A stretch of DNA of 64,000 bases from Lytechinus pictus. Lineage: Eukaryota. This document shows positions 1 to 17,833 of the stretch, piece by piece. The first letter of the stretch is position 1. Each line of letters opens with the position of its first letter. The notes under the pieces are model-generated. The model saw only the letters and a list, made by a program, of their open reading frames with translations, made no database searches and was not told where the DNA came from. The DNA is taken from contig NC_087250.1 of assembly GCF_037042905.1 (NCBI RefSeq), positions 18,726,001 through 18,790,000 of the forward strand, given 5' to 3'. The position numbers and the translations under genes were made by a program.

Positions 1-8
1 ATACTTAC

Positions 9-5579
<5,571 letters not shown>

Positions 5580-5635
5580 CTATAATGGGAAAGATCATAG
5601 AATGGTACATCAACCTAGTTTGAGATAACCCCTTC

Positions 5636-6088
5636 CCCTGGGGGGGGGGCAGTCAAATATATTGCTGTACACACGAGTGACCAAGGAATTTCCAAACACC
5701 CCCTCAACGAGTTTTTCTCTGTGTGCAATAATAACCCCCTAAACAAGTTTTTCGCGGGCTTTATTTACACCTTATGGCCCCTAAACAAGTTGTCGCCAAA
5801 ATATGACATCGGGGAAAAAGCTTGGGGGAAAAATACCATACCGGAAACACATTTCGCTAGTCTTTAAAAAAGGTTTTAGGGAAAAAACATACCCTAAATA
5901 CGTCTGACCCCGCGATTGACCATTGACCAGTTTTTTAAAACCAACCTTTAAAAAAAAAATGTTTTTGATACCCTTTACGAGTCCATGCGCCGACCGCGTC
6001 CAAAACTGAGAAACATCCCTTTCAACGGATTTTTTGAGGTCACGCGTGTGTACAGCAATATATTTGACTGTTTTAATTCTCCCCCGGG
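5636..6088. mobile_element. MITE with G-run terminal inverted repeats; related partial copy at about 28905-29165
   Basis: gcagtcaaatatattgctgtacacacg and its reverse complement at 6044-6070. Confidence 0.7.
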
Positions 6089-6657
6089 CCCTCTCCCTAA
6101 CTTCTACATTAAATTACATAAATTATATAACGATTGAAAGTAATAATGGAGATAGGCTTGGACAACGTTTACAAATTTAATATGTTTGTTTTGCGACATA
6201 AAAAATGCACCAACATTTTTTATATTTGGTTGTTTTTTTCAATAAGACGAACTTTTAATTTCACGATTTATTTACACCCTAGAACTTTTGTTTGCCCCAC
6301 ATTGACCATCATTAAACTACCAAAAAAACTTGTATACATGATATATATGGAATTTTTTTAGTATTCCATTAGGATATTTAATTCATGTTAATCAACGGCC
6401 GTCTTGACTTTTGTTTTATTGCATTGATTCATTGGCTTTATCTGTCATGAAAAAGGCCAACGGACAAGTAGGGAGTATGCAAGTACGTCTACAGCCCATG
6501 AAAACCGAGATAACTTAATCCATTGAGGTCCTTACCCAATCACCTGATGACGAAAGTACAATGGTATAGCTACATTCTCTTCATGATCTTTGAAGAGGTA
6601 TGCAACATAGATTCTCAGGCAGGGAAGTGAGATGATCTAACCTCCAACTTTCTTGGC

Positions 6658-6821
6658 GGGTGTTTCATACAGCTGTTCGTAAGTTCAGAGCGACTTTAAG
6701 AACGACTGGTGATCCTTCCTTGTGGTAAATGGTATATTCATTGGCGATGGTTTAGCGCGTAAGGATAACCAGTCGTTCTTAAAGTCTCTCTTAACTTACG
6801 AACAGCTTTATGAAACGGCCC
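6658..6821. mobile_element. Short palindromic MITE
   Basis: tttcatacagctgttcgtaagtt...aacttacgaacagctttatgaaa inverted arms. Confidence 0.7.
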
Positions 6822-6834
6822 GCTGGTCGGATAT

Positions 6835-7178
6835 TAAGGAGCTTTCTATTTGCACGTCGACTAGTGGACTGCGACGAAAGTACGTCATAATAGTCTGCTT
6901 TGTGTTGATGGTATACAAAGTCAGTCGAGCACATGATTGGAAGACACTGAGCATGTGCAAGCCATTCCTGACACGTCAACTTCATGATGACGAACGTGGA
7001 TTTCGCTCAGATCACGCTCGTTCGAAACGTAGTAAACGAGCAATCAAATCCTTGCCCATTGATTGAAGCCCCGTGGTGATATACTCCAGCGGTTCTGTAT
7101 ACCGTAAACACAAAGCAGACTATTATGACGTACTTTCGTCGCAGTCCACTAGTCGACGTGCAAATAGAAAGCTCCTTA
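6835..7178. mobile_element. MITE with near-perfect terminal inverted repeats of about 80 bp
   Basis: aaggagctttctatttgcacgtcgactagtggactgcgacgaaagtacg... mirrored at 7097-7177. Confidence 0.8.
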
Positions 7179-9175
7179 TTACCAATATGATTACTCACGC
7201 GGAAATCCTCATAGAACGTGTCAGTGTGCTTAGGCGTGTTGTCAAAAGTGTGCGTGCGTCTTTACCTTTATATTCTACGGCGAACCCGCTGAGCGTGCCA
7301 TTGTCCATTTTTCTTTCCTACGGGTCAGTGCTCCTGCCATTCAAGACGCCAGCGTGCCCTTTTGCAGCGAAAACGGAAGCGTTCGCTTTTATCTTTTCTT
7401 CTGACATGCTTCGGTTGGCTCTCCGATAATATGTTTTTGCATTAGCGCCCTCTATGTTCACGATATCGGCGTTTTAGGCAAACTATTGAACGCCCGATCT
7501 CTAGTCACTGATCTGAATATCATTGTGTCCTTGTATCGGTGTGCCTAGTCCATTGGGGGTACATTTTCCAAAGTTACGCTTTCACAATTTCTTTTGATAG
7601 TTTTTCGTTTCAGGTTTCAGTAGTGACAAAGTTCAATTAGATTTAGATTTGATTTTTTTTTAAATAGAACGAGTTTTTTTATTTTGAAGAATATACCGTT
7701 AAGACACTGACTTTCTAAAAGTAAATGTTCAGGTGCGGGTAAATTTTTTTTCATCACACTGAGCCCACACAGTCAGCATTGTCGGGTGAAAAGGAAAAAT
7801 ATGGAATTGTCCTTAACTTCTTTGTAAACGAAATGCAAACCCTTTGCAAAAGATGCAATATAAATCATACCTGGGTCCCAAAATGATGGAATTTAAATAT
7901 CTACATTGAAACGCTATACTGTGACAAAAAAATAATAAACTCATAAAATGCAAGCGTTTTTGTGGGAAAATGGACAAGGGCATCGTTGAGATTCATATTT
8001 GAGCTAAACATAGGCCTACATCTAATTTAGCCAAAGTGCACAACAATTTTACTCTTATTATACATTATGTTTAAACATTAACATGCTAGAAACTTATATA
8101 TTCACACATAATACAGATGTCGTGCAAAACAAACGAATAAAATATCATTAATTTTGAACTTTTAAAAATTAATTTGGATGCTCAAGCAGTCATATCGGTC
8201 ATTGTTGATTAAATGCACAATTCTTGAATTTCATTGCCCGAAATTTAGAACAAAAAGTATTTTCGTTACTTTGTAAGACCATTACAAACATCTTTACCTT
8301 CAAACGAAATCAAAAGCACTTAATAATTTAGTATAAAAATTATCAAACTTGACCATGAATTGAGTTGAATGTTTATAAAGGAATTATAGCGTATTTTAAT
8401 GAATCCCATTCTAAACTTTGAATGACCGATGTCTCCGGGGAAAAAGTATCGCGTGAATTAAAATGCAAATTAACACATTTAAGTGACTCTGACATGAAAT
8501 TGGACATGAAAACCTATATTATCTTTTTACCTGGGATCCGTCTTTATTCTCTTATCAATTTCCCCTGTGATCTAGAGTACTAAGTGACCAAGTGTTCTTG
8601 ATTACCATCCAGCAGACACAAAACCGAAGGGGGTCTGGGCTGAAGCCTCCACACTCTTTTTCCTCCAAATAGCGTACAAAACGTAAAAAGTACCATGATT
8701 TTATGCATGGTGATCCCCTTCAAAACCGTTCGGCGGTTGGGGAAGGCTTAATTATCTTTTTCAATTTTTCAGTTCTACTCACAATATTTAATTTTGTCAA
8801 CTTAATTTTAATGGCTTTTATTTTCATCCAACTTCATTTCTTCCTTTGAATTTTTCTAAACCTTTTCTATACTTATTTTTTTAACCTTCACGTTTGACTT
8901 ATACAGTAGTGCATATTGCCGTTGATTTCTTCTTCCTATCAAATATCTGAATTTATCTGCAATATGTGTGTGTCAAATAATTGCAAATTAGATTCCCAGT
9001 GTCTAAGGTAAACATAATTTACCGACGTAAAGTTTGTAATACGAAAGCCTCTTTGGCCTAGTTTCCCTTCCAACTTTGTACTTCACCTCTTAATCGTATA
9101 GCTGTATTCTGTATAGCTTGCAAATTTAAATACTTTTACACACACAAAACAAATCAATAAACGTTCAGGAAATGG

Positions 9176-9343
9176 TAATGCCTCGGTCACATTTGCTCTC
9201 CGGCGGCCGTACGGCGAGTCGAAAACAGCCGTTTTATTCATTTTTATTCAAACCACCTATATTTAGCTGGTACAAAAACTGTTGAAACGACTGTTTTCGA
9301 CTCGCCGTACGGCCGCCGTAGAACAAATGTGACCGAGGTATTA
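9176..9343. mobile_element. Palindromic MITE family (~165 bp); other copies at about 37870-37980, 45975-46100, 53371-53532 and 53828-53973
   Basis: ggtcacatttgctct...cggcgagtcgaaaacagccgttt arms present at five places. Confidence 0.8.
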
Positions 9344-10209
9344 GGCATACTAGATCAAGAAGGATGGAGTGTATGCTGGCGCAGATCCTGCCGAATTAAC
9401 ACAATACAATCTAATAGGCGCCGTATTTATTTTGAACAATAGTTGTTGGCCTCTCAAAAGTATTGTGGTCTATTCTGTGACCTCTACTATTGTAAGCGCT
9501 TTGGGCCTAATGGGAAAAGCGCAGTACAAATAATAAGTAATAATAATAATACTAAAAGAAGTCAGTGGGTCTATATTCTGCACCTGGAGGGTACAGTAGT
9601 GATACCGGGGGGGGGGGGGGGGGTGGCATCCGGCCCTTGCGCCCTCCCTCTTTGAGAGCCATTATCAATTGCTAATGTAAATATGCCATTTTTACACAAG
9701 TGTGCCCCCCTTTGAAACTCACAGCATGTATTTTAATGAGGATATGTCGTTCATGCACAAGTGAGGACCTTCACTTTCGCCTGGTAAACACCCCTTTTCC
9801 AAATATATTTGATTATTAAAATACACGGAGAGATGATAGGCAAAGAATATAACTCGAATGTTAATATTAAGAGTAGACCTATAAGGAGGGAAGTTACATG
9901 GTTAATTAAAAATGTGTTGATAAAATATCAGTGGAACGTTATGTTATAATTTGCTGCGCCAAACAGGTTTTATGTAATATTGCTCTTTATAAAGACAAGT
10001 ATTAAACTACATTAAATGTCGAAATGCTGAGATGTATAATGGAAACCATATTAAAATGCACATTACGAAAAGAACCAAAATCAAGGCTCTAGTATGGGGA
10101 CAAAACGAGAACAAGAAAACTACCCATTTGATGCTCATTTTAATTCCCAGAAAGCCGGACGTTGAAAATGACCTGGGCCAGTGCATTGCTAGCTGTATTT
10201 AGCTGTAGT

Positions 10210-10488
10210 GGAGCGTTGTGGCCCAGTGGATTAGTCTTCGGACTTTGAAACAGAGGGTCGTGGGTTCGAATCCCAGCCATGGCGTAATTTCCTTCAGCAA
10301 GAAATTGATCCACAGTGTGCTGCACTCAACCCAGGTGAGGTAAATGGGTACCGGTAGGAAGTAATTCCTTAAAAAGCTGTGTGCGCTATGAACGCCTAGC
10401 TTAGCCGGGTAATATAGGAGCGCCTTGAGCACCTAACAAGGTGGATATGTGCGCAATATAAATACCCTATATTATTATTATTATTATT
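10210..10488 (+). mobile_element. tRNA-derived SINE
   Basis: A box TGGCCCAGTGG, B box GGTTCGAATCC, body gctgcactcaacccaggtg...aaatgggtacc, LINE-like tail and (ATT)n. Confidence 0.85.
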
Positions 10489-11559
10489 TAATGGGAGAGC
10501 TCGGCTTACCCCATTGTCAAGGTAGATTTAAATTACCCCATTCTTGATTGGGGAGATTACCCTATTGTTGAACATAGAGGAGGTGGTCTGACTGGTGGCG
10601 GATTTCAATAGAAGGATGACCCCTTGATTGGTGGGGGTATTTCAATGGGAGATTACCACTTTGTCAGCGCGGGTGACTGTCTTAATACTTTGATGTGTCC
10701 CCGATGTGTCTTTTAATCGAACACCGTGTTTGCAACTAATCCCAATTAATGAGACTATTTGGCATCAAAATGAAAGTCTAACTTCCATCCTTTTCATAGA
10801 TTTCGTTTGAAAATACTTACAGTGTACGTTTATAAGGTAAACTTGAAATATGAGAAGGCGCTTTATAATATGTAAACCAAATATGATTTGTTCATAAGTA
10901 TCTTTATAACAAATGTTTTCAAAATCGAGTTTCATAGAACAGATGTATAATACTCGATTTAATAACAACCATAATATTTCAAAGTCATCGAGAGGGTAAG
11001 TATCAGACTAAATAATGCAAGCGTGATTTGTTCAGGCGCTGGTAAGATTTTTCTTTTCAATCCCACTGAGCCTGATCTCTTTTTTTTTTCATACAAAAGC
11101 CGGGATAGACATGTGGTTAAATAAGCATTAATTGGATTCGTGCTTTCGGGAAAACAGTATTTATTTACGAGCAAGAACATTGAAGTGTTCAGTGTTGGCA
11201 CCGGTTGGCACCACTGCGATGAAGTTAATTCGAATTGTGTTTTTGAACAGGATCAAAATAGTAGAAGTAAAAACGTTAAGCTTATTATATATATATGTAT
11301 TAATCATTCGGATTTATGCATTATTCTGAACTACAATTGTCTATAATTGAATGATTTATATGTATTCAATCAGTGGCAGATTTTCAGGTGGGGGCACATT
11401 TTCCCTTGAAAACTTTTTAGACAAAAAAGTTGTCACTAAAATAGGGCATTTTGACCCGTTTAAAACGTGACGTTAAAAAATTAAGGTCTTTACTTGTGTT
11501 TGAACAACATATTCATATTACAGATATTTGCTGTGACTCTCAAAAAGTGAGTACACTTG

Positions 11560-12920
11560 CAGGGGCGGAACCATCCTTCGCCAAAGGGGGGGGGGGGTCT
11601 TTTTAACCACATACCCCCGATCAGCCGCTCAAATATGATTTTTGTTTGTTTAAATGAATGTAAAATAATCTCATAAGCCTTATTTAAATAGTGCGAGCGC
11701 GAAGCGCGAGCTATTGTTTAAATTATTATTCCATGTATTTTGTCCTAAAATGGCATTCTGGCAATGCTTGGGATCCTAGACGAGATGAGTAAATTTAATA
11801 TACGCTTTGATCATTCTGATAAAAAAAGATATGTTAACGGCTGATTGCGGTTAGCCATGAAGACGTTACATATTTCAACAGTCAAATAACGCGAGCGCGA
11901 AGCGCGAGCTGAAAATTTTGATCTTTCTACCTGAAGAATTGAAATTCTAAGCAATTTTTGTAATCATGAAAAAGTTGAATATATAACAAAGCAATTGATG
12001 CGAGCGCGAAGCGCAAGCGGAAAATTCGAGATTTGTAGGAAAATTGTGAGTGGATATGGATCACAGTTAAAAAGGAGCTGATATGTTTCATTATTATTAC
12101 TTTGAGTTTGACATACATGTAGGACCGGGACATTCTAAGAACATTATTCCATCGTATGAAAATTATGACTGTCTTCCTATTTCTCTTCCTATCAATGCGC
12201 TAGATGAAACTTGTCGATATTCCATTCTGAAAAAGGAACAATTTAAAGCGCTTTTGTAATAATGAATAAGATGCATGAGTTAATATATTTTTAACAATCA
12301 ATGTGCGCGCATATCGCCAGCCGAAAATTGTTTATAAACTGTCATAAAATGGAGATTTTAAGTAGTTTGTTATAGAATTAATATTTAAATTTTTATAACT
12401 CACCAATCAAAATGCAAGCATGCAGCGCTAGCTGATACGTTTTTACAATCTGACATGAATAGGTATATTTTTATAAGTATATGGAATACAGGAAAATAAT
12501 AGGTACCTGGAAATCAAATTTTGTGAGCGCGCAGCGCAAGCAGAAAATGTTTATATTCAGACAATAAAAAATAAATTTTTACAGAACACTTTTTTAAAAT
12601 GAAAGTTCAATTTCCGAGCTGAAATATGTTATGTATATTGACTTCAAAATTTGATATTTAAAGTTCCATATATGTAAATCACCTAAAAGGTAATGCGAGC
12701 GCAAAGCACGAGCGAAAATTTTATATAATGACATGAAAGATTTTTTTTTATTGTTTTCGAAGTCTTCCCCTCGTCTTATTTATTCACTCGTTTTCCTCCT
12801 CTCATGTTTACCATTTTTTCTCCCGTCTTTTCCCTTTTTGGTCTTTCTTTCCCCCTTTTTTTGCTCCGCCAATAGGGGGAGGAGGGAGGGCGGACCCCTT
12901 GCCCCACCCCTGGATCCAAC
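11560..12920. mobile_element. Non-autonomous DNA element with repeated GCGAGCGCGAAGCGCGAGC motifs; related sequence at about 55630-56150
   Basis: caggggcgga... left end and ...ccctggatcc right end; internal motif repeated many times. Confidence 0.5.
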
Positions 12921-15900
12921 TCTGGAACAATCTACCAAAAAGTATTAAACAAGCAGATTCAAGAGAGAAATTCAAATCCGTGTTAAAACCTTTTTTGTTA
13001 AATATAGCTTTCCCTCCGCATGTGAAGCCCCTCAATTGTTTACAGCCTACTGTGAACTGTACAACTACTTTATTTTTTGGTGAAATTCCTTCTCTCTCTA
13101 TATTTTTTCCTTAGCGTTTAGATAAATGTTTTGTTCTAAGTGGTATACAAATAATGTAAATTAGGGGCGTGCGTTTCCCGATCTCCGTATCGAAATCAAT
13201 ATTAATGAGAGAGCGCAATTTCATTGTTTTCGCTCTAATGGGGGAGGGGAGGGGGAGAGGGTCAGTGTTCAATCAAGCAAAAGACGTAGGCCTATATGTG
13301 CATAAGTCCATGTCATTGGTGTAATGATAAAGATGATGAATCTGATGAATTATGTTTGTCGACGTTATAATAAAGTTAATACAATCAATATGATTCAGGC
13401 GTACACCGCTTTAACTGCATGGTATCATGCATCCAGAAATCGAAATAGCCGATGTATTCAAAACGTACGTAGCCGGGATGGCATGCAGTTCGGATGTTAC
13501 AGTACTCTAACATTAGAATAATCTCGTATTACAAATGTCAATTTTGCGAAAATGCACACAAATTCATAACTTGATAGACTCTGGGGGATGATGTCGATAT
13601 AAAAATCGCATCGACCTCGATATGCAAGCATGTTTGATACTGCGTCGGACTTGACAACCCGCAAAATCTTTTCCAAAATTAGATGAAGGCCATCCATTCT
13701 CATTCTTTTTAATCTATATATAATCTATGTATTTCAGGATCATGATATGAAAACCTTTTATAACAAACATGATAAAGGAAAAACGCGTCTCAAGTTATAC
13801 ATGGTTCATTGCCGCAAAATATATCAATCATCTTCATTTGTTATCATTTAATCATCAACATTATCACTGATATTATTATTCGTATTATCATGTCCGTTAA
13901 TATCACTTCAAAGTTATAATTATCATTATATCATCATCACTGTTATCATCATCACCATCATCATTCATTCAGTATCTATTTCCAATCGTTCTCCAATATC
14001 AATTTTATATTTTATATAATTAAGAATATATGAAAGGTAATAGTAATGATAATGGTGATGCTGGTAATCATGAACATTAGATCCGTTTTGTGAGATAATT
14101 TATGCAATTTTACACGCTAATCGCTACTCGATGATGGTGAAAGAAAGAAGTCGGGACGGTAGTTACTGTATACACGTACTTTATTACACTATAGTACAAA
14201 AGATTCCCCATCGGACGGGCCAACGGTCTTTTGAAATAGGTTCCTCTATTGAAATTATGACAATAATCACGACAGCGGATATGGGGAACTATTCTCTGAG
14301 CGCCTCTCCCATTCATTGTTGTCTGTGGCGAACCCGCTGAGCATGCCATTGTCAATGATTCTCTACACGGGTGAGTGATCTTGCTTTTTCATGATCATAG
14401 GCCTGGGCAATGACTAAGAACAGTTCGATGAGTATCAATGCCAAGTAATCCTGAAAGGTCAATAATGTTAAATTCTCTTGCTGGAGAAGACTATATCATG
14501 GCACTATTTGCTTTTGCTGTAGGCCAGTTGTGTACAACCTGATATAGATGATAAATAATAATTATCTTTCATCTATTTTAGAGTAATGATCTAATGTTAA
14601 TATCATTCTACATAATCACCCTGAAGCTTACGGCCCCATATCTTCACCCGTGAAGTATTGAAATTTGAAGTTTAAATTATTGAACATCATGGCATCCTAG
14701 TATTGTACTGATTTTTAACCATCACTGCAATATAGATAAAAACATAGAGTTAATTCTACTCACATTGATTTTACTTTAGAGCAAATTCAACCCCCCCCCC
14801 TTCCCTTCCCGCTACAAACTTTCTTTCATTCCCTTTCATTATTTCCTTACAAAAAATGATCCTAATTTCAATCACTATGATAATGACATAGATGATTTGC
14901 TGTTGACGATAATGATGCTGCTGATGATAGTGATGATAATCAAAACTGATGATGATGATGGTGGTGGTGGTGGCGGTGATGGTGAATGTGGTAGTGGTAG
15001 CCTTGGTGATTATGACAAATAAAAATACTGAAAGTTACGAAAGTCACACATTCAATGAATAATACCTAGAAACATACTTTTAGATGAAATAAAAATCACA
15101 CACAATTTGTGCAACTTGTAAGCCTCCCATTTAGTTTATTCTTATTTTTTTAACTGAATTGTGTCCGCTTATATTCCTTCTTGATGATGATTTAAAGCTT
15201 TTAAGTTTATAATTATATTGGTAAATCCCGGTCAGAAAAGTTCATGTCACCATTCCATTCCTGAGTACTATATAATATCAAGGAGATGATATCTCCTTGA
15301 TTATATGAGCATGGCCCTAAAGTGATTGTGATGTGATAGGTATGAAATCAAATGTGTTTTATTGGAAAATTTAGCCCTTTTCACACATTCTTTTTTTCCA
15401 GCGATTTGGCGACCGATCAAAATGTCTGTGTATTTTGAATTGGAAACCATCTATCGGGACAGACTTCAAGATGTAGGTCTGAATAACATTGCAACATACT
15501 TCGTTTGGTGCTCAAAAGGTTATTTCTAAAATAGAACATCATCGAGAAATGGTGCTTGATTCATGACGTCTGAAGAAAAAAATCCGATGACCACTGCACT
15601 TTTGTAAACATTTTAAAATGCTTGTTAATACTCGACAAAATTAAAAAGACAAAATTACGTATTATTTACCAAAGTTAATCGAAGAGTTTCAACATGACAA
15701 TTAGAACAATAAATTAAACACTACACATGCAGAGAACGATCGAGATGAGAATAAAAACTTGATCAGATGATGTAATATACTGATAAGCTTTTTCTTTATC
15801 TTCCTTTTTCCTCTTCGTATTCTTCCTCATCTCTCATTATTATTCTTATCCCTTTTTACTGCTCCCCCATTCTACATGTACGTCTGCTTCTCCTTGGTAA

Positions 15901-17516
15901 TTCTTCTTCTCCTCCTCCTTCTCCCACCTCATCGATATGTGAAGATAAAATTATAATGAAATAATAGAAATGTTTATGAAGATAATACTTATAATAGAGA
16001 AATGAAGATGATTGCGATTGTAACAGCGGTGATGACGATATCGATAATTATGAGAGGTCATAAACCATGTACAGCACAAAGTATCAGACGCAATTTCAAA
16101 TATGATTACATGACGATTTCGATACGAAATATTAATCATAAATCTAGATCTGGTACATTAATATACACTTATTTTTGTAGAATAATGAAATCGCCGCTCA
16201 ATATCGATAATTCTGATGATGACTAAAACAGAAAAGCATACGTGGGACAGTGTATTATGATATTGCCTCGAAAAATACCTGACACTTGATGGAATTCCGT
16301 GCTTATACCGCTCATTTCTCAGCACGAATTTCTTTCACAGGGCTATTTGGCAAATATTTTTCATTTATACAAACAAACACTCCGTTGGTAAATTTCATTG
16401 GATTCTGATCGAACTAATTTTCAGATCGTTACCACATTTGGTATTCATCTTCAATTCCGAACATTACGTTTAATACATTAAACCAATTAAATTAAGTTAC
16501 ATACTTTAGTCTGTTATAAGTTGTTTATATGTACTCTCATACCCCGAGAGGGGATCGATGGGGTGAATAAAATGTAAATCTAAATCAGGGGCGGATCCAG
16601 CCTCCGCCACTGCATGTCTTCCCCTCTGTTCCCCTTTCACTCTTTCCCTTTTTCCCCTTTATTTCTCCCCCCATCGTCCACCAGATCTCTCTTCTTCTTT
16701 CCCCTTATTTTCTGTCTCTATCCATTTCCATATTCCAATTTGTCCCCCCTCTCCCGTTGATTCGATCCTAAATTTCTTCCCCTCTCAAATTTCCAATTTT
16801 TTTTTCTCTTTCAACTGTTTTTCCTCCATATTTTTTCACCCTTCCTCTTCCTCCATCCCAATGTTTTTTTTCTTATTTTTTCTCTGTTTCCCCTTCCTTT
16901 TCTCTCCCTATCCTTAGTTTTCTTCTTCCTCGTTTCATCTTCTCTTTTGGTCCCGCTTCTTTAAAACAAGGAGATAAAGAAAATTAAGAGACTATAATTA
17001 TGTTATCCTGGGGAAATGGTTGCCCGTCCAAAAATTGAACAAACTATTTTTAACAGTTTCTAATAAATCTTTGATCTATCTATGCCTTATAGTGCCAAGC
17101 TGTTCCGGTCATATTCATTTCATCTTGCCATTTCCTTCTCTTTATTTTATTATTACTTTTTTTTTGGGGGGGGGGGGGGACTCCCGACACTTATTTCAGA
17201 TGCGAGTAATAATAAATATTCCAAGTTGACGTGAATTGTACGAATGGCTTGGGAATCTTATTTTCCCACCTAAAACATCATAAATTGACCCTCTTCCAAT
17301 GCGAAAAAGGAGGTTTTCATGGTTATTGCAGCAAATTCGAAAGATCAGTAACGATTTATGACACGTGCGTGATTTTTGATTAAGCTACTGTGGCTTTATG
17401 AATGCACCCGAACTTCCATTATAGATGCCAACCATAGTTCAGAACAGTGACCCGAACTCTCCGATCCGACAATAAATATGAAGGCACGCCTTTGTTTTGG
17501 TCGTAGAGGGAGCTAT

Positions 17517-17833
17517 TTAGAATAGATTCTCCGGTTTTTCGACAGAAATTAAGACTTGCAGGAAAGACGAACAAAAGAACGGTGGCATCAATGGGCCTTT
17601 GATGGCGGCCGTTCCTTTGAAGAGAAGGGAACGTTGGGCAGGAAAGCCGAAGCGAAAACCCGGATGCAGTAAAGACGGTATAGAACGGTGCATGGACTTT
17701 TGACAAGCTCCCTTATTGCTGTCAACAAAGGTGGCGAACTTTGAGACAGGTATGACGCGACGATCCTTTAATGATTCCTCTTCTGCAATTCGTGTAGGTT
17801 TGTGACCCTCATCCAAACGAGTAGTTGGTAGGT
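17517..17833 (-). CDS. Exon 22: juxtamembrane/wedge-proximal segment, 3' boundary uncertain
   Basis: Strong polypyrimidine acceptor (cttttccattccaaccccttccaccag), phase 1. DLPTTRLDEG...RRVIPVSKFATFVDSNK resembles the RPTP pre-wedge helix. No good donor follows; the frame stays open to TAA at 17517. Confidence 0.6.

Noticed and set aside
7073..7429. 118-aa plus-strand ORF and a minus-strand reading MDNGTLSGFAVEYK that looked like an RPTP wedge
   Set aside because: The plus ORF starts inside a MITE arm. The minus reading has an in-frame stop just upstream and no proper acceptor.
10820..10870. YLINVHC followed by gtaag, as a possible PTP D1 active-site exon
   Set aside because: Wrong intron phase and no WPD or PIVVHC context upstream
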